11,819 nucleotides of DNA from an uncultured Candidatus Saccharibacteria bacterium (lineage in GTDB: Bacteria > Patescibacteriota > Minisyncoccia > Minisyncoccales > Staskawiczbacteraceae), in contig CAZGLJ010000016.1 in NCBI GenBank assembly GCA_964526025.1, positions 2,384 to 14,202 on the forward strand, in the 5' to 3' direction. Position 1 is the stretch's first letter. Every line of letters begins with the position of its first letter. The notes under the pieces are model-generated. The model saw nothing but the letters and a program-made list of their open reading frames with translations. It was not told the DNA's origin and ran no database searches. Made by a program: the position numbers and the translations under genes. Positions 7,313 through 11,819 of this stretch are shown piece after piece.

Positions 7313-7320
7313 ATGCTTGA

Positions 7321-8031
7321 TTAAAACGGCATCTTGTTTCTCTTGAATTGCTTATTCTGGGCAATTACTCCGCACACAAATATACCGCATGAACATAAAA
7401 ATCCCATAAAAGATAAAATTACAATCCTACCACAGAAGTTCGCTAAAAACTTCTGCAATGAAAATTCAAAATGATATGTCGTCCCGCTGCGTGTTGTCCT
7501 ATAGGCACCATCTAACAGCCTGTCTTTTTCAGTTTCTGGGGGAAGTGGGGCAGGTAGATACGTCGGATTCACTTCCACTGAGTCTTTCGATGCTTCTACA
7601 GCTATTTTTATATCAGCTGGTGCAGCTATTTTCGGCTCTATCTTAGCCTCGGCTTCTCCGGGGTGAATATAGTCAACCATCTGAGACTGAGATATTGGTA
7701 CACGTGCAACATCTTTACTTTTTAACAATGCAAAAATACATATTAAAAATATCAGAGATAAACATAGGATTGATGATACCAACCCCACTAATATAAAAGA
7801 GCGGGCTTTTGCTACATCCTTACGCCACTTTTTGCAAAGCGGACAAAGTAGTGCTTCTTTTAAAATAACTTTCTTACACCATTCGCAAATTCTTGTTGCT
7901 ACCTGTTGTTTAGAAACTTGTTTTATCGCTCTTTTTTGCAACAAAATTGTTGGCGGCCGTACAATGGGCGGCGGCACAGGAATATTTATTGGCTGAGCCA
8001 CATGGTTAATATGATGGACGTAGGTAGCCAT
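7321..8031 (-). CDS. Hypothetical membrane protein with Pro-rich N-terminus, CxxC...CxxC zinc ribbon and two TM helices
   Basis: 236 aa. PVPPPIVRPPT near the N-terminus. CEWCKK-x13-CPLCKK zinc-ribbon-like motif. TM helix ILVGLVSSILCLSLIFLICIFALL, an approximately 110-aa hydrophilic domain, and a second hydrophobic segment IVILSFMGFLCSCGIFVCGVI at the C-terminus. RBS aaaaGGAGtctttgt-ATG on the minus strand. Confidence 0.6.
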   Translation of the reverse strand: MATYVHHINHVAQPINIPVPPPIVRPPTILLQKRAIKQVSKQQVATRICEWCKKVILKEALLCPLCKKWRKDVAKARSFILVGLVSSILCLSLIFLICIFALLKSKDVARVPISQSQMVDYIHPGEAEAKIEPKIAAPADIKIAVEASKDSVEVNPTYLPAPLPPETEKDRLLDGAYRTTRSGTTYHFEFSLQKFLANFCGRIVILSFMGFLCSCGIFVCGVIAQNKQFKRNKMPF

Positions 8032-8202
8032 ACAAAGACTCCTTTTTCTGGAGAAAAAAACAACCTAACAGTTTTAAGTATCTAATTTAGTTGACAATGA
8101 ACGGAAAACCTTCTCTACTTTTATAATATATCACGGCCAAACATTATGTCAAATATTTACAGGGCTTGTTGATAACTCTAATTGTTGTCTTATTTTCATA
8201 TA

Positions 8203-8211
8203 TGATATAAT
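8203..8211 (+). promoter_or_regulatory. TGaTATAAT extended -10-like element 6 nt upstream of the prgI-like ATG; possible leaderless transcript
   Basis: tgaTATAAT with TATAAT at 8206-8211, then aaacaa, then ATG 8218. No SD. No good -35 at canonical spacing. Confidence 0.25.
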
Positions 8212-8217
8212 AAACAA

Positions 8218-8625
8218 ATGGAACAATATCCTATTCCGCAATTTATTGAGCAGGAAGGAAAAATCGCCTTCTTTATATCTTTCAGGCAGTTCTTTTACCT
8301 TGTGGGAGCCGGGGTAATTTGTTTTATATTATATTATATACTTCCTTTCTTCTTGTTTATATTGGCAAGCCTTGCAATAGGAGGTACTGCCGTAGCTCTG
8401 GCTTTTGTGACAATAAATGGCGTGCCGGTAATAAATATGATTTTGGCTTCTGTTGGATTTATGGCGGGCGGAAAAAATTATACATGGAAAAAGAAAGAAT
8501 CTCTTTATCCTTTTAAACCTATTAAACGGGCTCATATTAAAAAAATAGAGCAGGGCCCGATTTTGCAAGCCCAGCAGAGTCATCTTAAAAAAACAAAAAC
8601 CGAAGTAGAACTTAAGACGAAGTAA
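8218..8625 (+). CDS. PrgI-family / VirB3-like small two-TM T4SS protein
   Basis: 135 aa. YPIPQFIEQEGKIAFFISFRQFFYLVGAGVICFILYYILP resembles the PrgI-family N-terminus (k.ffGl.lRQ... followed by the first TM). A second TM FVTINGVPVINMILASVGFMAGG and a basic tail follow. Lies immediately upstream of the VirB4 genes, as VirB3 analogues usually do. Confidence 0.6.
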   Translation: MEQYPIPQFIEQEGKIAFFISFRQFFYLVGAGVICFILYYILPFFLFILASLAIGGTAVALAFVTINGVPVINMILASVGFMAGGKNYTWKKKESLYPFKPIKRAHIKKIEQGPILQAQQSHLKKTKTEVELKTK

Positions 8626-8690
8626 TTTTTCAATCTTTAATTTTTCAATTTTTGAAATAATTTCTTAATACTTTAATTTTTAAACACGCT

Positions 8691-9050
8691 ATGAATTATG
8701 ACTTAAAAGAACGTACCGCCAGATTTGGAGAAGACATTATAGACTTCATTAGAACAGTTGACCGAAATGAAATTAATCATCCTTTACTAAGCCAAATAAT
8801 AAGGTCCGCGACAAGTGTTGGCGCAAATTATATGGAAGCGAACCAAGCTGCTTCAAAAAAAGATTTTAAAAACAAAATAAAAATATGCCAGAAAGAAGCG
8901 AACGAAACAAAACATTGGCTAAGAATGATAGCGAGAGCCAATATAAATAAAAAAGATTTATGCGAAAAATTATGGTCTGAGGCCCATCAGCTAACACTTA
9001 TTTTCGCTAAAATTTCAAGCGGTTGCGAAATTAAAAATTCAAAAATTTAA
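8691..9050 (+). CDS. Four-helix-bundle protein ('23S rRNA intervening sequence protein' family; the family to which DGR Avd proteins are commonly assigned)
   Basis: 119 aa. LLSQIIRSATSVGANYMEANQAASKKDFKNKIKICQKEANETKHWLRMIARANI matches the family core pattern sQl.RSa.SI.aNIAEG..r.s.kdF..fl.iA.gS..E...wL......yi. Confidence 0.75.
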   Translation: MNYDLKERTARFGEDIIDFIRTVDRNEINHPLLSQIIRSATSVGANYMEANQAASKKDFKNKIKICQKEANETKHWLRMIARANINKKDLCEKLWSEAHQLTLIFAKISSGCEIKNSKI

Positions 9051-9100
9051 ACATTATTTTAAAAACTTAAAAATTATAAAATTTAAAAATTAGTAAGGTT

Positions 9101-9766
9101 ATGCCGGAATCAGCAACACAAGCATTTTTAGAAATACAGGACATAAGAGAAGGAGTTTTGATTTTGAAAAATAATTTTATAAGAGGGGTTTTGATGGTCT
9201 CTTCAATAAATTTTGCTTTAAAATCAGAAGAAGAGCAAACCGCCATAATTTACGCTTTCCAAAGTTTTTTAAACTCGCTGGATTTTTCCTGCCAAATAGT
9301 TATCCAATCACGAAATATAAATATTACTCCGTATTTGGACAGCATAAAAGATTTAGAAGAAAAACAGACCAATGAACTATTGAGAAAACAAACTGCTTCT
9401 TACAGGGAATTTATTAAAAATATGGTTGTGGGAGATGTGGTTATGACAAAAAACTTTTATGTTGTAGTCCCATATACTTTAATGGAAATTTTTGGCATGG
9501 GACAGGCTGCAAAACAATTTAATCCATTAAAACAGCTTTCGGGCCAGCAACAGCAGAGCAAGGCAATGACTGATGACGAATTTCAAAGATGCAAAACCCA
9601 GCTCTGGCAGAGAATGGAATATTTAGCAATGGGCTTAAGAAGATGCGGACTGGAAGCCATACCTTTAACAACGCCTGAGCTGATTGAACTTTTCTGGTCT
9701 ATACACCATCCAGACCAGGCAGAAATTGGATATTATCCTGAAATCCTGCCAGAACTCCTGAAATAA
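9101..9766 (+). CDS. VirB4/TrbE-family N-terminal domain encoded as a separate ORF
   Basis: 221 aa. EIQDIREGVLILKNNFIRGVLMVSSINFALKSEEEQTAIIYAFQSFLNSLDFSCQIVIQSR matches the conserved N-terminus of Gram-positive-type VirB4 proteins (I.dG.i..kdg.y..vlevs.iNF.LkseeEq..ii..fq.fLNsLdf..Qi...s). It ends at TAA 9764-9766, 23 nt before the ATPase ORF, which is in a different frame. Confidence 0.6.
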   Translation: MPESATQAFLEIQDIREGVLILKNNFIRGVLMVSSINFALKSEEEQTAIIYAFQSFLNSLDFSCQIVIQSRNINITPYLDSIKDLEEKQTNELLRKQTASYREFIKNMVVGDVVMTKNFYVVVPYTLMEIFGMGQAAKQFNPLKQLSGQQQQSKAMTDDEFQRCKTQLWQRMEYLAMGLRRCGLEAIPLTTPELIELFWSIHHPDQAEIGYYPEILPELLK

Positions 9767-9789
9767 TTTTTAAATTTTAAATTTACAAC

Positions 9790-11601
9790 ATGGCTTTTGA
9801 CTTTTTAAATAATCTATTTGGGAAAAAAGAGGTTAACGTTGAAGATAAAATCTTTGAGGATGAAGCTTTTGATGTAAGAGATATTATTGCTCCTCCATAT
9901 ATTGGAATTACGCAAGACCATATAAAATTAGGCGAACGGTTTGCCAAATCGTTTTTTGTTTTTTCTTACCCCAGATATTTAAATACTGGATGGTTTTCGC
10001 CAGTTATCGATTTAAATACGCCCATGGATATATCATTTTTTATCCACCCTATTTCTTCAGAGCTTATTTTGAAAAAATTAAGGAAAAAAATTACTGAAGT
10101 CTCTTCAGAAATTTTAGAAAGAGAGGAAAAGGGATTAGTCAGAGATCCTACATTAGATATTTCCTACAAAGACATTGAAAATTTAAGAGACAAACTGATG
10201 ACCGCCCAAGAAAAAATGTTCAGGTTTGGCCTTTATATCACTATTTATGAAAACTCTGAAAAAGAATTAAGAGACACGGAACTTACCTTAAGGTCAATTT
10301 TTGAATCCAGATTAATTTATATAAAACCTACATTGTTCAAACAGAAAGAAGGATTTATTTCCTGCAACCCTTATGGATTAGACTTAATAGATGTGCACAC
10401 GCCAATGGACACAGAGCCCCTTTCAACATCTTTTCCTTTTATTTCTTTTGATTTAAGCTCTAATGAAGGAATTTTATATGGGATTAACCGGCACAATAAC
10501 TCTTTGGTATTATTTGACAGGTTTAGCTTGGAAAATGCCAATTCGGTTGTTTTTGCCAAAGCGGGATCTGGAAAATCATACGCTATAAAACTTGAAGTTT
10601 TGCGTTATTTAATGCAGGGAGTTGATGTAATTATTATTGATCCGGAAAATGAATACGAGATTTTATCAGACTCAGTTGGCGGATCTTTCTTAAAAATTTC
10701 TTTAACTTCGCCAAACCATTTAAATCCATTTGATTTGCCACTTCCAGGGCCCGATGACAATCCAGAAGATATTTTAAGGTCAAATATTATAAACTTGGTG
10801 GGACTTTTAAGAATTATGCTGGGCGGGTTAAGCCCCGAAGAAGACAGTATTTTAGATGAAGCTCTGACAGAAACCTATGCTATACGGGACATTACTCCGC
10901 AGGCAGACCCAAAAACATGGCAGAACAACACTCCATTAATGTCTGACTTCCAAGAAGTTTTAGAAAGTATGACGGGAGCTGAATCTTTAGTAAAGCGAAT
11001 TAGAAAATTTACCAAAGGAACTTTTGCTGACTTTTTTAACCAGCAGTCAAATATATCTGTAGATAAGGGCCTTGTTGTTTTTGGAATAAGAGATATGGAA
11101 GAATCTTTGAGGCCGATAGCTCTTTATATAATTATGAGATATGTCTGGAATATTGTAAGAACAAAATTAAAAAAGAGGATACTGGTAATCGACGAAGCCT
11201 GGTGGCTAATGCAGTCAGACGACGGGGCTTCATTTCTTTTCGGGATAGCAAAAAGAGGCAGAAAATATTGGCTGGGCGTCACAACAATAACGCAAGACGT
11301 GGCTGATTTTATGACATCAGATTATGGCAAAGCAATTGTGACAAACTCGTCTTTACAGCTTTTAATGAAACAGTCTCCAGCTACAATTGAGATTGTGCAA
11401 AAAACTTTTAATTTAACCGAGCAGGAAAAATATCTTTTGCTTGAAGCGGCCGTGGGCGAGGGGCTGTTCTTCGCTGGTAAAAAACATGTGGCAATATCTG
11501 TTGTCGCCAGCCAAACAGAAGACCAGATAATAACCACCGCTCCCGAAGAAGTTTTAAGAAATAAAGAGGCAAAAAGAAAAATAGGAGGCGCTGAAAATTA
11601 A
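9790..11601 (+). CDS. virB4: VirB4/TrbE/CagE-family T4SS ATPase (central and C-terminal ATPase domains)
   Basis: 603 aa. Walker A VVFAKAGSGKSYAIK. Walker B RILVIDEAWWLM (the DEAW characteristic of VirB4). RKYWLGVTTITQDVADF sensor/GxTQ motif. N-terminal region PPYIGITQDHIKLGERFAKSFFVFSYPRYLNTGWFSPVIDL matches the VirB4 middle domain (..y.r.f.v..yP.....gwl..l). Confidence 0.9.
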   Translation: MAFDFLNNLFGKKEVNVEDKIFEDEAFDVRDIIAPPYIGITQDHIKLGERFAKSFFVFSYPRYLNTGWFSPVIDLNTPMDISFFIHPISSELILKKLRKKITEVSSEILEREEKGLVRDPTLDISYKDIENLRDKLMTAQEKMFRFGLYITIYENSEKELRDTELTLRSIFESRLIYIKPTLFKQKEGFISCNPYGLDLIDVHTPMDTEPLSTSFPFISFDLSSNEGILYGINRHNNSLVLFDRFSLENANSVVFAKAGSGKSYAIKLEVLRYLMQGVDVIIIDPENEYEILSDSVGGSFLKISLTSPNHLNPFDLPLPGPDDNPEDILRSNIINLVGLLRIMLGGLSPEEDSILDEALTETYAIRDITPQADPKTWQNNTPLMSDFQEVLESMTGAESLVKRIRKFTKGTFADFFNQQSNISVDKGLVVFGIRDMEESLRPIALYIIMRYVWNIVRTKLKKRILVIDEAWWLMQSDDGASFLFGIAKRGRKYWLGVTTITQDVADFMTSDYGKAIVTNSSLQLLMKQSPATIEIVQKTFNLTEQEKYLLLEAAVGEGLFFAGKKHVAISVVASQTEDQIITTAPEEVLRNKEAKRKIGGAEN

Positions 11602-11624
11602 AAGAGAGTAATTATAGATTTATA

Positions 11625-11819
11625 GTGAATAAAAATAAAAAAAAATTTATTTTCTCTTTTATTTTTATCAGTGTTCTTTTAATGAACGCTGGTTTTGTGT
11701 ATGCCCTTGAAACAAGGTATCCTACGATTTTAGGGATGTCAATAGATAATAACTCATCTTTTCCTGAATATGCAAAATATTTTTTTAATATAGGAATGAT
11801 TTTAGCTGGCATTTTGGCT
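11625..11819 (+). CDS. Partial CDS (5' end only, runs off window): secreted or membrane-anchored protein with a signal peptide
   Basis: GTG 11625 opens a frame with no stop to the window end: (M)NKNKKKFIFSFIFISVLLMNAGFVYA|LETRYPTILGMSIDNNSSFPEYAKYFFNIGMILAGILA. It has a Lys-rich n-region, a hydrophobic core and a VYA cleavage-like site, 23 nt after the virB4 stop. The ORF-track minus-strand ORF 11612..11812 is its antisense shadow. The start codon is uncertain (an internal ATG lies at about 11681). Confidence 0.4.
   Translation, partial: MNKNKKKFIFSFIFISVLLMNAGFVYALETRYPTILGMSIDNNSSFPEYAKYFFNIGMILAGILA

Noticed and set aside
7191-8098. Shared 9-mer GTTGACAAT (7192-7200 and 8089-8097) in the upstream regions of both minus-strand genes
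   Set aside because: A single 9-mer coincidence in AT-rich intergenic DNA is not statistically compelling. It does not sit at a consistent distance from either start and makes no well-spaced promoter on either strand.
9740-9800. Explaining the VirB4 split as a single sequencing or frameshift error, or programmed frameshift
   Set aside because: All three frames contain stop codons between 9764 and 9780, so a single indel or ribosomal shift cannot join the two ORFs.
8626-11819. Calling a complete diversity-generating retroelement around the Avd-like gene
   Set aside because: No reverse-transcriptase ORF in any frame, and no template/variable repeat pair, is detectable in this window by eye. 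Only the Avd-like family member is supported.
1-11819. CRISPR arrays, tRNA/rRNA genes, transposase or integrase, terminal inverted repeats
   Set aside because: No regularly spaced direct repeats. Intergenic regions are 50-190 nt and lack tRNA-like structure. No ORF shows recombinase or transposase motifs.

Overview
AT-rich window (roughly one third GC by eye), densely coding, with features typical of a Gram-positive-like or Patescibacteria (CPR)-like genome. No rRNA, tRNA, CRISPR, integrase or transposase is recognisable. The first 2.5 kb holds housekeeping genes: a DksA/TraR-family zinc-finger protein (+), an LysM-LysM-M23 peptidoglycan endopeptidase (-), and 16S rRNA dimethyltransferase KsgA/RsmA (+), followed by two small proteins of unknown function. 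From about 3.3 kb to the end there is a minimal type IV secretion (T4SS)/conjugation-like cluster on the + strand, none of whose genes is assigned here by a database search. Its parts are a large polytopic VirB6/TrbL-like membrane protein, a small acidic protein, a PrgI/VirB3-like two-TM protein, and a VirB4/TrbE-family ATPase. The ATPase is encoded as two adjacent ORFs in different frames: an N-terminal domain of 221 aa and an ATPase domain of 603 aa with Walker A, DEAW Walker B and GVTTITQ motifs. A signal-peptide protein starts just downstream and runs off the window. No relaxase or VirD4 coupling protein is present in the window. Two minus-strand genes sit inside the cluster: an SPFH/band-7 protein and a zinc-ribbon membrane protein. 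Their transcription signals are clear: a TTGACA-17-TATAAT promoter, a perfect 8+8 palindrome over the predicted start site, and rho-independent terminators. A four-helix-bundle protein of the '23S rRNA intervening sequence protein' family (DGR Avd-like) lies between the prgI-like and virB4 genes. All functional calls rest on motif-level recognition of the translated ORFs; no database search could be run.
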